This document shows positions 46,869 through 57,300 of a DNA stretch of 64,000 nt, in pieces. The notes under the pieces were generated by a model. It saw nothing but the letters and a program-made list of their open reading frames with translations. It ran no database searches and had not been told where the DNA came from. The first letter of the stretch is position 1. Each line of letters opens with the position of its first letter. The position numbers were made by a program, and so were the translations under genes. The stretch comes from an uncultured candidate division Zixibacteria bacterium. Its GTDB lineage: Bacteria; Zixibacteria; MSB-5A5; UBA10806. The stretch covers positions 192,001-256,000 of the forward strand of contig CAWFQL010000016.1 in NCBI GenBank assembly GCA_963817915.1. Direction: 5' to 3'.

Positions 46869-49328
46869 CTATCCTGGCTGAAAAATAGCCCTGATATTCC
46901 CTCGAATTTCGAATAGATATTTTCCGATAACGACTGATTTGCTGCATGTAGCGGCAGAAGACATATCTGAATTGGCTGTCGGGATATCTGAAAGAGCCAA
47001 TGATGCTATCGAATGATTGGCAAGAAGCACGGTCATCATTGACTGCTCTCTTCCGTAGGGTATATCAGCCATAGCGTCTTGAAATAGTTTGCGGCTTTCC
47101 TGTAGCAGAGCGGTTGCGTTTGATCCCAGATTATTTAAGTCATTTATCCATTGCTCCAGATTAGCGCCATTGGGAAGTGTTTGAATTTCCATAATTTGAA
47201 TAGCCCGATAGAATGCTATAACTCCCATGATGTTTTTCAGATTAGCCCTGGCTGTATAAAATGTCGGTTGAATATTCTTAAGTAATTTCGAAATTTCATT
47301 CTTTAACTTATCAAGTTCCGCTGGATAGTTTTTACTTTTGATCATGTAGCTTGATGAAAGAACGATTTGCGACCAATTAACGAGATCGGTATACGCGCTA
47401 ATATAGTCCGCCTTTTTTACAGATATGTCATAGGCATGCTCAAAGCAGGACTGCGCCGAGTCCAGCATCCCTATCTCAAAGTAATCTCTGCCCACTTGAC
47501 TCCATGCGGAGGCTAATTTGGGCCATTCGGAATTTTTTTCTAGAATTTGGAGTATTATTCTCGATGAGCCAATGGAGATCAAACGGTTGTTTGAATCTTC
47601 TGCGACTGATAATAAAAACGCGTGATTCGCTGGTTTTGTAAAACCATCGGGGTAAAGAGATCCGCCAAATGTAAACGGAGGCAATTTTATTGTCGGAATA
47701 CTAATTTTCAGAAATGTTATTATAAATCTGACACGGTCATCCTCAGTGATTCCCCCGTTTTTGGCCAGGCCTAATTCCTTAATACCCCGAAGTGCCATGT
47801 CCGATGCCCGGGTCTTATCTCCGATTGCTTGAAAACAAATAGCCTCGCCCTTGCATATATTAGCCAACATAATATGGTCTCTAATAGAATCGAAATATAC
47901 GAGCGCTACTTCATAATATTTAAGCGCAGTATCATAATCATTAAGCAATTGATAAATCATACCCAGCTTAATCGCGAATTTTGCTTTGCTCTTATTGTCG
48001 GATATTTCGACCGCCATTGAATAAAGCGTTGAAAAACAAGCTCTTGCTATATTAAGACTATCTACTTGAAATGCCGATTCACCGTAATGCATCAAATATG
48101 GTATCGTGTTCTCCCGCCTGATAATACTGGAATCGGTTTTGATCGCCGTCAGATAATTCTCGAACGCTTTTTGATACTGCGCGATCCCGAAATAACCTTC
48201 GGCGGCATTGAGATAAAATCCGGCTCTCATAAAGGGATATTGGGATGATAGCGCGATTCCGGTCAGGGAGAGATCTATGGTCTCTTCATACAATCCCAAA
48301 GGCTTTTTCGATGTTTGTTCAAGCAGGCAATTGACATATCCCAGTGATAGATAGCTCGCGGGGTTTTTAAAATCCAACTCTCTGGCGGACAATAATTCTT
48401 TGCGAGCCTTACCCAGATATCCGGTAGATTTTTCACTTTCAAAGCGCGCGACAGATTCCAGCGCGTCAAAATATTTTCGGACAGGCTGTTTATCGATAAT
48501 GCCGGCTGTTTTTTCCCATTTATTCCAATCCTTGGTGATTTCTATGCATTTCGCCGCGCCCCATAATGTCCTGATATTGGAATGATCCAATTCAAGCGCG
48601 TTCGAAAAATAGTCATAGGCGGTTTTGGCGTCCTGTGATAAGATATTTTCGCCCATCGATACTAACAGCGATACCATACTTTCCCGATAGGACCGTCGGT
48701 CCGCCTCGCTGTCGACAATTTGAATGTAGTTTCCCGATGAATCATAATAGACTTTAGCGAGTAGATAGTCATTTCGCTTTCTGGCAAGGTCTCCAAGCCG
48801 TTCGTATGAATAAAACATGATGTCTTTTTCATTCGGATAGTTCGAAAGTATCTCATTGTATTTCCATTCGGCGGTCAGGCTTTGCCCGGAATAGTAGAAT
48901 CTATTGGCTTGTTCCAGGACCGCAAACGCCGATAATCTTTTGTATTCCGAAAAACTGTTTCGAATAGACTCCAACATTCCGGTGGCGATATCCGTCGGTT
49001 CTTTCCGTGTAATATTAATTATATCCCCAATCGCCGAGTCGCCCCAGGCGGCATCTTTTCCGAAATTATCGATATAATTTACATAGATGACGACCAGGTC
49101 CAATGGATCTCCGGTAAAGCTTGAAACCATATTTCGCAATTTTAGAAGCTGCAGATAGGAGACAAAGCCGCTGTCGGAAGGGTACCGTTGTATCCCTTGC
49201 GTAATAAGACTATCGCTGATGTCGATATTCCCGATAATATTCCCGGCAATGACACAATGGATATAAGCCTTCTTTACAATTTCAGATGAGAGACTCGCAT
49301 CGTTAACCAACTTACGTGTCAAATTCAA
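46869..49328 (-). CDS. Fragment 2 of the giant TolB/TPR/CHAT protein (TPR array)
   Basis: Many TPR-like helical repeats; frame open upstream to about 49427. Confidence 0.75.
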   Translation of the reverse strand: MNLTRKLVNDASLSSEIVKKAYIHCVIAGNIIGNIDISDSLITQGIQRYPSDSGFVSYLQLLKLRNMVSSFTGDPLDLVVIYVNYIDNFGKDAAWGDSAIGDIINITRKEPTDIATGMLESIRNSFSEYKRLSAFAVLEQANRFYYSGQSLTAEWKYNEILSNYPNEKDIMFYSYERLGDLARKRNDYLLAKVYYDSSGNYIQIVDSEADRRSYRESMVSLLVSMGENILSQDAKTAYDYFSNALELDHSNIRTLWGAAKCIEITKDWNKWEKTAGIIDKQPVRKYFDALESVARFESEKSTGYLGKARKELLSARELDFKNPASYLSLGYVNCLLEQTSKKPLGLYEETIDLSLTGIALSSQYPFMRAGFYLNAAEGYFGIAQYQKAFENYLTAIKTDSSIIRRENTIPYLMHYGESAFQVDSLNIARACFSTLYSMAVEISDNKSKAKFAIKLGMIYQLLNDYDTALKYYEVALVYFDSIRDHIMLANICKGEAICFQAIGDKTRASDMALRGIKELGLAKNGGITEDDRVRFIITFLKISIPTIKLPPFTFGGSLYPDGFTKPANHAFLLSVAEDSNNRLISIGSSRIILQILEKNSEWPKLASAWSQVGRDYFEIGMLDSAQSCFEHAYDISVKKADYISAYTDLVNWSQIVLSSSYMIKSKNYPAELDKLKNEISKLLKNIQPTFYTARANLKNIMGVIAFYRAIQIMEIQTLPNGANLEQWINDLNNLGSNATALLQESRKLFQDAMADIPYGREQSMMTVLLANHSIASLALSDIPTANSDMSSAATCSKSVVIGKYLFEIRGNIRAIFQPG

Positions 49329-49419
49329 GAGGGAATCCCATCCGGTGGTCTGCAGATTCTCCAGGCCATCCTGAAAATCCAGCCAGGCTAAGTCTAATTT
49401 GATATCTGCCCGAAAATTA

Positions 49420-50538
49420 TTATCGGTCGGTAGACAACGCCGGCGATAATTCCATCCGAGCCAGTTCTCGCAGATCCAGATTGCCGTAAATTTCTGCTGA
49501 TTTAATTAGGGAAGATTTGCAGGAATCCGGGAAATATTTATAAGCCGAATAATAAGCATCTGCCAGAACAATCGAATCTTTATAATTTAATGAAAATCGT
49601 AATATAGAGTCGGCGAATAGCTGTTGTTCCCGAAACGTCTTAAGCCTTGGTGTCAGGCCATCGATATTAAGCGAATAGATATCACCATCGCTACCGACCG
49701 CGGCCAGGCTTCGTTCCCGAGAAATCGCGGGCTGGTCGAAACCATACCCATAATATAGGTAGGTGACAGTATTATCATTTAATCTCAGGGTCGCTATATT
49801 GGGAATATCATCGAGATTGATTTTGTCATTATTGTCAGTATCCCGGTTTCTATTAGAATAAATAATCTCCGAGCCATCAGGAGTATAAACGGGATGTGTG
49901 GCGATCCCATCTCCGGTATTGAGCAAAATCTGAACGGAATTACTGACATCATAAGTCGCCAGTCGCATTAATCCTGACGAATCGACAGTTACATATACGA
50001 TACTTTCGCCTGAAGGCGCGAATGACGGTTCTTTTCCGGATGGGCCTTTAACGGAATTTTTGACTTTAGTATCATAAAAATAGATAACCGGCTGTTTTTC
50101 GTTATCGATATGAACATAGGCTATCTTCTTATTATTTGGTGAAATGACTGGGCTATCGAATGAGCCAGGGCCCCCGACTAATTTTTCCGTTTTTGTCCCT
50201 TTGATATCGCTTAAATAAATCTCGCCCCCGGCATTATCCTTGGTAGAAACATATAAAATCCGGTCATTCCCCCAGAACGACGGTGAGTATTCAGAGGATG
50301 TGTTTTTTGTGACCTGCCAGCCTTTTTTGGATTTGAGATCAACAACCCAAATATCCTCGTTCCCGCTTCGAGTCGATGTGTAGGCCAGATATCTTCCGTT
50401 AGGCGAAAACGAAGGATCATAGTCCGGAGCAAGGTGACTCGTAATCGGCGTCGGTAGATTTAATTCAGATGCGACCAGCCCTCCGCCAAGAATCAGTGAG
50501 GCGATTGCTATAATTTTGAAAATTCTGCCTATAGCCAT
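49420..50538 (-). CDS. Fragment 1 of the giant protein: signal peptide + TolB-like (PD40) beta-propeller
   Basis: PSFSPNGRYLAYTS, PVISPNNKKIAY, PSFAPSG, PVYTPDG repeats; DTDNNDKINLDD Ca-binding-like loop; ATG abuts the upstream stop (TAGATG). Confidence 0.8.
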   Translation of the reverse strand: MAIGRIFKIIAIASLILGGGLVASELNLPTPITSHLAPDYDPSFSPNGRYLAYTSTRSGNEDIWVVDLKSKKGWQVTKNTSSEYSPSFWGNDRILYVSTKDNAGGEIYLSDIKGTKTEKLVGGPGSFDSPVISPNNKKIAYVHIDNEKQPVIYFYDTKVKNSVKGPSGKEPSFAPSGESIVYVTVDSSGLMRLATYDVSNSVQILLNTGDGIATHPVYTPDGSEIIYSNRNRDTDNNDKINLDDIPNIATLRLNDNTVTYLYYGYGFDQPAISRERSLAAVGSDGDIYSLNIDGLTPRLKTFREQQLFADSILRFSLNYKDSIVLADAYYSAYKYFPDSCKSSLIKSAEIYGNLDLRELARMELSPALSTDR

Positions 50539-51111
50539 CTACTTCCTTTGCCATTTGCCGGATGATTCTTCAATCCACGAGCCGCTGGGAGAAGAGCGAG
50601 CCATAAGGCCGGCGAAATCCTGTCCCGCGATTTTCAAACTGTCTTGCGATGTTATCCCGCGCGAACTGGCGTAAAATTCCAATATGATTTTGCGATCATG
50701 ATTTTCGGCCTCGACCAGATTATTTACGGCATCGATCCCCTGAATTGTATCCGACATCACGCGTACTGTCCCATCGATTTTTTCGCCCACATATCCCTGT
50801 TTTTTCAATTCATTCAGGTCGCCCGAAATTGTCTGGCGGCGAATTTGGGCCAGAATCAATTCTCGTCTCGAGTTTCTATCGGATATTATGGAAGTATCCG
50901 CGGGAATTTTGAATTGATCCTGGAAAAATGTTCCCCCAGACCATACCGCGGCAACCATCAAGGGGTCTTGAGATAGCCGTTCTTGTTTTCCAAGGAGCTG
51001 ATTTTCAAGGGCGGTTTTATCGGATGTAATCTTCATCTCAGGCGGTTTTATAGTGCATCCTAATGATAAGATTAATCCTGCCAATACCATATTGCGAAGG
51101 TTTATTGCCAT
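50539..51111 (-). CDS. YdbL/DUF1318-family lipoprotein with YnbE-like N-terminus
   Basis: Lipobox SLGC; LKKQGYVGE..DG, LVEAENHDR, GSWIE...GKWQRK. Confidence 0.8.
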   Translation of the reverse strand: MAINLRNMVLAGLILSLGCTIKPPEMKITSDKTALENQLLGKQERLSQDPLMVAAVWSGGTFFQDQFKIPADTSIISDRNSRRELILAQIRRQTISGDLNELKKQGYVGEKIDGTVRVMSDTIQGIDAVNNLVEAENHDRKIILEFYASSRGITSQDSLKIAGQDFAGLMARSSPSGSWIEESSGKWQRK

Positions 51112-54100
51112 CCTGCCTCCTTCAAATTATCAATTATCGTCTTTATTGGTATGCGGCCATACCTTATTGGCATCGGAATCCTCAAAATCGGGATCGCCTC
51201 CGCAAAAAATGGCTGATCCATATAAATTTCCGGATACGCGGCGCCATGTTCTATCTTAAATGAGAAACTTTTCGGTCTGTAACTTAGGTCGATTATTTTG
51301 AGAAATTTTCTGTTCAATAGAGCTCGTGTTTGAGCTACGCCGGGATTCTGATTTTGAGGATCGATGACATCCAGAACCCTATTTGCTACCTGCGGCCCCA
51401 TTTCGGTTATATTAAATACGCCATCGAGCGTATAATCGGCGCCGGGCGCTATAAGGCCTCTGCCCCTAAATGAAAAATCAGCCGAGAAAAGAGCCGAACT
51501 CTCCTGAGGTCCGAACGATCCAACAAGCTGGTTGAAATCAAGACTGGCTAATTCGAGCGACATTTCATATCCCAGCCTATCGAAATTAGGAAATTCGCGC
51601 ATCATGTTTATTTCGCTAATATCGAAACTGGATTTTCCTACGAAATTCCCACCGAGAATATTGCCGGTGATCAATGGCATCATCAGGACACCATCGCGGA
51701 ACGATAAATCGACCGAAATATTATCTACATTGATATCGGGCGCGCGTACGCTGCCAATCGTAATATTCCCGAACTTCCCTTCGGAGATCATTCCCTGTCG
51801 GTCGCGCCTGTAAGTCGATATAGGAAACATGCTCCCGACAGGTTTCTTGACGAATAACGAATCGTACATATTCATCGTACCGGTTATTGGCGCATTTCCG
51901 GTTATACCACTGCACGATATCCCCGCTGGCCCGACAATTCCGAGGCTATCGAGATTAAATTGGCCGCCGAATTTCAGCGTATCGCCAAGCTGATCGGTTT
52001 CAAAATCACAATTTAACGCTCCGTAAATCGAAATCATGCTGTTTAACGCTGAAGTATCCGGCGAATCGCGCTTAATTGAGTATTTGATATTGGAAAATGG
52101 GATATCTTTTACCGAACCAAATTCGCCGGCGCAGACAATACTTGTTCTCAATGATGGGATAAGGGCAGTCAAGTTTCCCAGTTTCCAGATTGAATCTGAA
52201 CCATAGTCCAGGCGCGCGCTTATAGGAATATTTTCAAATGCGATATCGGAGTAATTCTCGGCGTAAAGAGCGCCAACAGTATCATGAGATTCGATCGACA
52301 TTTCAAGTCCATGCAGGCTAATCTCAGATAACCCGGTAAATTGGCGGATAAGTATTTTATAATCTTCCAAAAGCACATCGGTTGGCTCGATAACAATTGA
52401 AATTGCCCCACTCGGATTAATACTGTCAGTTGGGCTGGATATATTTCCATTAATTTTAGTGAAACCCGAGATGTCCATCGGCCCCAATATCTCTGTCAGA
52501 TTTTTCGGGAAAAACGCGGGCAGTTGAGCATCGTCGATATTAAGATAAAATCTGGCGCTGATGCTGTCTTTGCTTGACTTCGATAACGGATAATTCGCGG
52601 ACAGATTACCATCGAAAACATTATCCAATTTATAATTTGCATCGGCCCTGATTCTATCTTTATCAATCATGGCATTTCCCTGAAGGTCAAATTTCCGGTC
52701 GCCCAATGAAAGAGTGTCATTTCCCGAAACAATTGACATGCCCATCCCGGCGATATCAGATTTAAACGCGACCGAGTCCCTGTGTCCCGAAAGAGAGGTA
52801 GTCATATTGATTTTGCCGTTTGCCGACATCTCGCCATTTGTCATCAGACGATTCGATAAATTCGATAGATCGAGATTATTGGCCGCGATATTGAAATTAA
52901 CATTAGATTTTTCCAAGACTGCATTTATGACCATATCGCCGCCGAAGAAATCCGCGATCTTCCCATCTAAATCGAACGTGACAATATTATCATTGATACC
53001 GCCATTTCCTTCCAACGTTAAATTAGCAATCTTCAAAGCCTTATCTTTGGCCAATAGATACCTGACACTTTCCACAGACGAAGCAATAGTGCCATTGGCC
53101 GAGCCATTTGTCCCATCCACAAGAATGCTGCCGTTGAGACCGGCCACAAACGCTGTGTCGCTATAATTTATGGCCAGATTTGAAAGCTCCAGCCCAAGAT
53201 GGTAAACGAGGCTTTCCGTCGAAATGTTTATAAGGCCTTTATCGAGCGATATCGCCCCATCAAGCTTCAATGGCATGCCGGATTGTCGGATCAAACCTGA
53301 GAATTGTTCTAATTTCCAGATAACTGGATCCAATACTATCATTACGTTGGGATTTTTGTTGATCTGCACCATCCCACCGCCCGAAATCAACCGACTGTTA
53401 TTTAGAGAGATTCTCATCGAATCAATATCAACCGAATTGTCGTTGATATTCGTGGTGGAATTCAGGGAAGCATCTACATTTCCAATATCATACTTGTTCC
53501 CAAAAGTAGCTTCAATATTCGATATGCTTATATTGAAATTCTGTCTTGATTTATCAACGGTCGAAAATTTTCCCGAAGCCGCTATATCCAAATTGCATTC
53601 GATCCCGATTGTATCCTGCTCATAATGAATTTTGCCATCCTTGCCTTCTGCCTCATATGCAAACGAGAAATTCTTGATATTTGTGAAATTCAGCTTTGAT
53701 ATTGCCAGCTCAAGGTTCATATCAGCCTGAGGGCCAATCACCGCGAATGAGCTGACGACGCAGCTATCCATAATTACCCTGAATGGCAATTCGACTGTTT
53801 TAGGTTGGGATGTATCCGGAACGGCCGCCATTAGAGATTTGGGGATATTTCCGTAATCAAGCAAACCACCATCCACCAGGATATAACGGATCTTCAGCTT
53901 TTTCGATATTAATTCATTGGGGGATATTTTGATTCTTATGCTATCCACCGAAAACCATTTGGTGGAATCTTCAGAATTAAGAAGCGTTAATCCAATAATT
54001 TTTATTTGAAGCCAGTTGTCAATCTTGAGTGATTCTATTTGAACTTCGCTTGCAGTTGATTTTCTTAATGTCTCTGAAGCTAATGTCTTTAATCGATTAT

Positions 54101-54194
54101 CACTGAAATATAGCCTGGCTGAAATAATGGCAATAATCAGAAACGCGAATAGTCCACCGATTATTCGCAACGATATTCGTATCTCTTTGCGCAC
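51102..54194 (-). CDS. AsmA-like/YdbH-like bridge-type protein (inner-membrane anchor, long repeating beta structure)
   Basis: N-terminal TM plus AsmA-N-like segment (RLYFSDNRLKTLASETL..EVQIESLKI); ~1000 aa of alternating beta-strand pattern; directly upstream of a DUF1318 gene, as in ydbH-ynbE-ydbL. Confidence 0.7.
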   Translation of the reverse strand: MRKEIRISLRIIGGLFAFLIIAIISARLYFSDNRLKTLASETLRKSTASEVQIESLKIDNWLQIKIIGLTLLNSEDSTKWFSVDSIRIKISPNELISKKLKIRYILVDGGLLDYGNIPKSLMAAVPDTSQPKTVELPFRVIMDSCVVSSFAVIGPQADMNLELAISKLNFTNIKNFSFAYEAEGKDGKIHYEQDTIGIECNLDIAASGKFSTVDKSRQNFNISISNIEATFGNKYDIGNVDASLNSTTNINDNSVDIDSMRISLNNSRLISGGGMVQINKNPNVMIVLDPVIWKLEQFSGLIRQSGMPLKLDGAISLDKGLINISTESLVYHLGLELSNLAINYSDTAFVAGLNGSILVDGTNGSANGTIASSVESVRYLLAKDKALKIANLTLEGNGGINDNIVTFDLDGKIADFFGGDMVINAVLEKSNVNFNIAANNLDLSNLSNRLMTNGEMSANGKINMTTSLSGHRDSVAFKSDIAGMGMSIVSGNDTLSLGDRKFDLQGNAMIDKDRIRADANYKLDNVFDGNLSANYPLSKSSKDSISARFYLNIDDAQLPAFFPKNLTEILGPMDISGFTKINGNISSPTDSINPSGAISIVIEPTDVLLEDYKILIRQFTGLSEISLHGLEMSIESHDTVGALYAENYSDIAFENIPISARLDYGSDSIWKLGNLTALIPSLRTSIVCAGEFGSVKDIPFSNIKYSIKRDSPDTSALNSMISIYGALNCDFETDQLGDTLKFGGQFNLDSLGIVGPAGISCSGITGNAPITGTMNMYDSLFVKKPVGSMFPISTYRRDRQGMISEGKFGNITIGSVRAPDINVDNISVDLSFRDGVLMMPLITGNILGGNFVGKSSFDISEINMMREFPNFDRLGYEMSLELASLDFNQLVGSFGPQESSALFSADFSFRGRGLIAPGADYTLDGVFNITEMGPQVANRVLDVIDPQNQNPGVAQTRALLNRKFLKIIDLSYRPKSFSFKIEHGAAYPEIYMDQPFFAEAIPILRIPMPIRYGRIPIKTIIDNLKEAGWQ

Positions 54195-54351
54195 GCATAA
54201 TATTTATCGGTATATTTATGCGATGTCTATAAAAAAGAATGTGGCGAAGAGGAAATCTGCTTGATAAAACATCGGCTTATGACAGCCCCAACAATAGAAA
54301 ATTTTCGCGGGATCCATTAAATTTATTAAAATTGTTCAATCAGACGGAAGT

Positions 54352-57300
54352 TCAGATTGTTTTTGTCTCGGCTGCGGTAAGGATTTCACGAACCTTTTGT
54401 AGCAATTGACTCGTTTTAAATGGTTTTGCGATAAAATTGATCGTGGAATCGAGAGCGCCGTCCTTAATTATGGTCTTGTCGGTATGGCCCGACATAAATA
54501 GCACCTTGATATTGGGGAATGAGACAGAGACGCGATCATAAACTTGTTTGCCATTCATACCGGGCATAATGATATCAGTTATTATAAGCTGAATCGGTGA
54601 ATCATAGCTGCTGCAAATAGCTATTGCCTCGCCGGGGTGAGATGCCTGCAACACCTTATAGCCTGCCTTGGATAATATTCTGAATGCCAGATCTCTGACA
54701 ATATCTTCATCTTCTACCAAAAGTATAGTTTCCGTACCGCCTAAAACCAGGCTCTTATCTTTATCTTTGCTCGATTCATCAAATACCTCTTCCGAGCGTG
54801 GTAGAAATATACTAAATACCGTGCCGACACCCGCTTCGCTCTCGACCATAATCTGTCCGCCGCTCTGTTGTACAATACCATAAACCGTTGATAGCCCAAG
54901 GCCTGTACCTTTGCCGACATCCTTGGTCGTGAAAAATGGTTCGAAGATATGGCTTCGCGTCTTTTCATCCATCCCATATCCGGTATCGCTTACCGATAAC
55001 TTTATATATCTACCCTTGCTAATTTCCACCCCGTATACGGCTGGATTATCATCAAAATTAACATTAGATGTCTCTATTATGAGCTTTCCGCCATGAGGCA
55101 TGGCGTCGCGGGCATTGACGCTCAAATTCATTACGATCTGTTCAACCTGACTGATATCCGCTTTAATATTTCCCAAATCACCGGCTAAATTCAGCTTAAT
55201 ATCTATGTTTTCCCCCATTACCCTTTGCATCATCTTGTTCATATCGACAACTACCGAATTCAGGTTAAGCGTTTTGGGCTGCAGCATCTGGCGACGGCTG
55301 AAGGCGAGGAGTTGACGAGTTAGCGACGCGGCCCTTTCGCCTGCCTTCTTGATTTCCTCAACGTCCTGCTTCATAGGATCAGAATCATCGAGCCGTTCCA
55401 GGGTTAATTCGCTGTAACCATTAATTGCGGTCAGTAGATTATTGAAGTCATGGGCGATTCCGCCGGCCAATTGGCCGATTGCTTCGAGCTTCTGCGAGTG
55501 GCGGAGTTGGTTTTCGAGCGCAACCTCTTGTGTCACATCACGTTTGACCGACACATAGTTGATGATTTTCCCCGCGCCATCGCGAATTGGCGAGATCGTA
55601 GCATCTTCCTCGTATAATTCGCCGGATTTCTTTTTATTAATGATGTGACCCTTCCAGGTTTCGCCTCTTGTAATAGTGTCCCACATCTCTTTATAGAATT
55701 TCGCGTCATGTTTGTTGCTTCTCAAAATCCGTGGGTTTTGGCCGATCGCCTCACTGGATTTGTAACCGGTTATCTCCTCGAACGCGGGATTCACATATTG
55801 GATATTTCCTTGGGCGTCTGAAATAACAATAGCTTCCGCTGACTGTTCAACAGCGGTTCCAAGTCGGCGCAATGTTTCCTGCGCGTTTCTCAATTCGGTA
55901 ATATCTCTCGCGAACACAAAATGATATTCCTGACCGTTAAATTCCTGATAATTGATATTAACTTCGACCGGGATATGGCCGCCATCTTTCTTTCTGAAAT
56001 CGGACTCTGAAATGAAATTGCCGTGTAATTTGATTTTAGTCCATAGGCCCAACCAATTTTGAGGAGTGATAAATGTATCGATATCCATGATAGTCATAGA
56101 CTGCAGTTCGTCCTTTGTGAAGCCAAGCATCGTACTTGCAACTTCATTGACATTGATAAAGTGGCCATCTGGCGCAATCCAAAATATCAAGATATCTGAA
56201 TGATCGATACCATACTGAGTCAGCTTTAAGGCGTCTTCCATCTTTTTCCGTCCGGTTATATCGCGGGCCGCCGCAAAAATGCCAATCACCTGTCCCGCAT
56301 CGTCTCGATAAACCGAGGCGTTATACAAAACCGACATTACGCTTCCACTCTTGTGCCTCAAGTCAAGGGCATAGTCTATAACTTTCTCATCGTGGAATAC
56401 TTGGAGGAATCCCTCTCGCGCCTTTTCAGGATTCGTAAAATAGCCGGAAAAATCGGTTCCGATTAGTTGATTTCGATTAAATCCGGTTGCCTTTTCCGTA
56501 GCGGCATTAACGTCGGTTATCTTGCCGTTTGGTCCGATCGTGAACATCGGATCAAGGCTGGCTTCGATCAGACTGCGGTTATAGACTCCCGCCAAGGCCA
56601 ACGCTTCCTCGGCACGTTTATGATCCGTAATATCCTCTACCATCGCCAGCGTATATGAGTTATTTTTGCTATCCTCATTCAGCATTGCAACTGTCAAATT
56701 AGCCCATATATACTCGCCGTTTCTTTTAACATATCTCTTTCTAATGCTGTAGCTTTTTACGTCGTTGGTGAATATCCGGTGGGCTTTTTCAAGGCTTTCG
56801 TCCATATCTTCAGGGTGAGTTATGTCATTGATCGTCATATTCATTAATTCTTCTTCCGTATACCCTAACATATTACAGAACGATGAATTAACTTTCGTGA
56901 AACGGAGGTCGGAATCTACGATTACAATACCCAATGGCCCGTGCTCAAATATATTCCTATATCTTTCTTCGCTGGCTTTTAACGCATCTTCCGCCCTTTT
57001 CCGTTTGGATATATCCCTGGCGGCGCTAACAAATCCTATAATATTGTTATTATTATCCCTGAGATAAGAAGCTTTTATTTCCGCCCAGATTTTGCTCCCG
57101 TCTTTCCTGATATATTCAAGCTCAATCGTTCTGTATCTAAAGGGATCGCTACTATCAACTTTTTCCAGCTCAAGATCCTCTTTGAATTCCTGATTGAGTT
57201 TATTGAATGATTCGACAGTCAGATACCGATCGACGGTTAGTTCCATCGCTTCTTCGACAGTATAGCCCAGCATATTTTTTATTGAGGGACTTATATAAGT

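Noticed and set aside
43000..50538. CRISPR-associated (Craspase-like) or anti-phage TPR-CHAT protease
   Set aside because: It has a signal peptide, lacks visible catalytic residues, has no cas or effector neighbours, and is coupled to envelope genes.
54190..54198. A further 4-nt duplication (A-TGCG-TGCG) displacing the ATG of the AsmA-like gene
   Set aside because: An in-frame GTG start exists, so no frameshift is required; may be chance.
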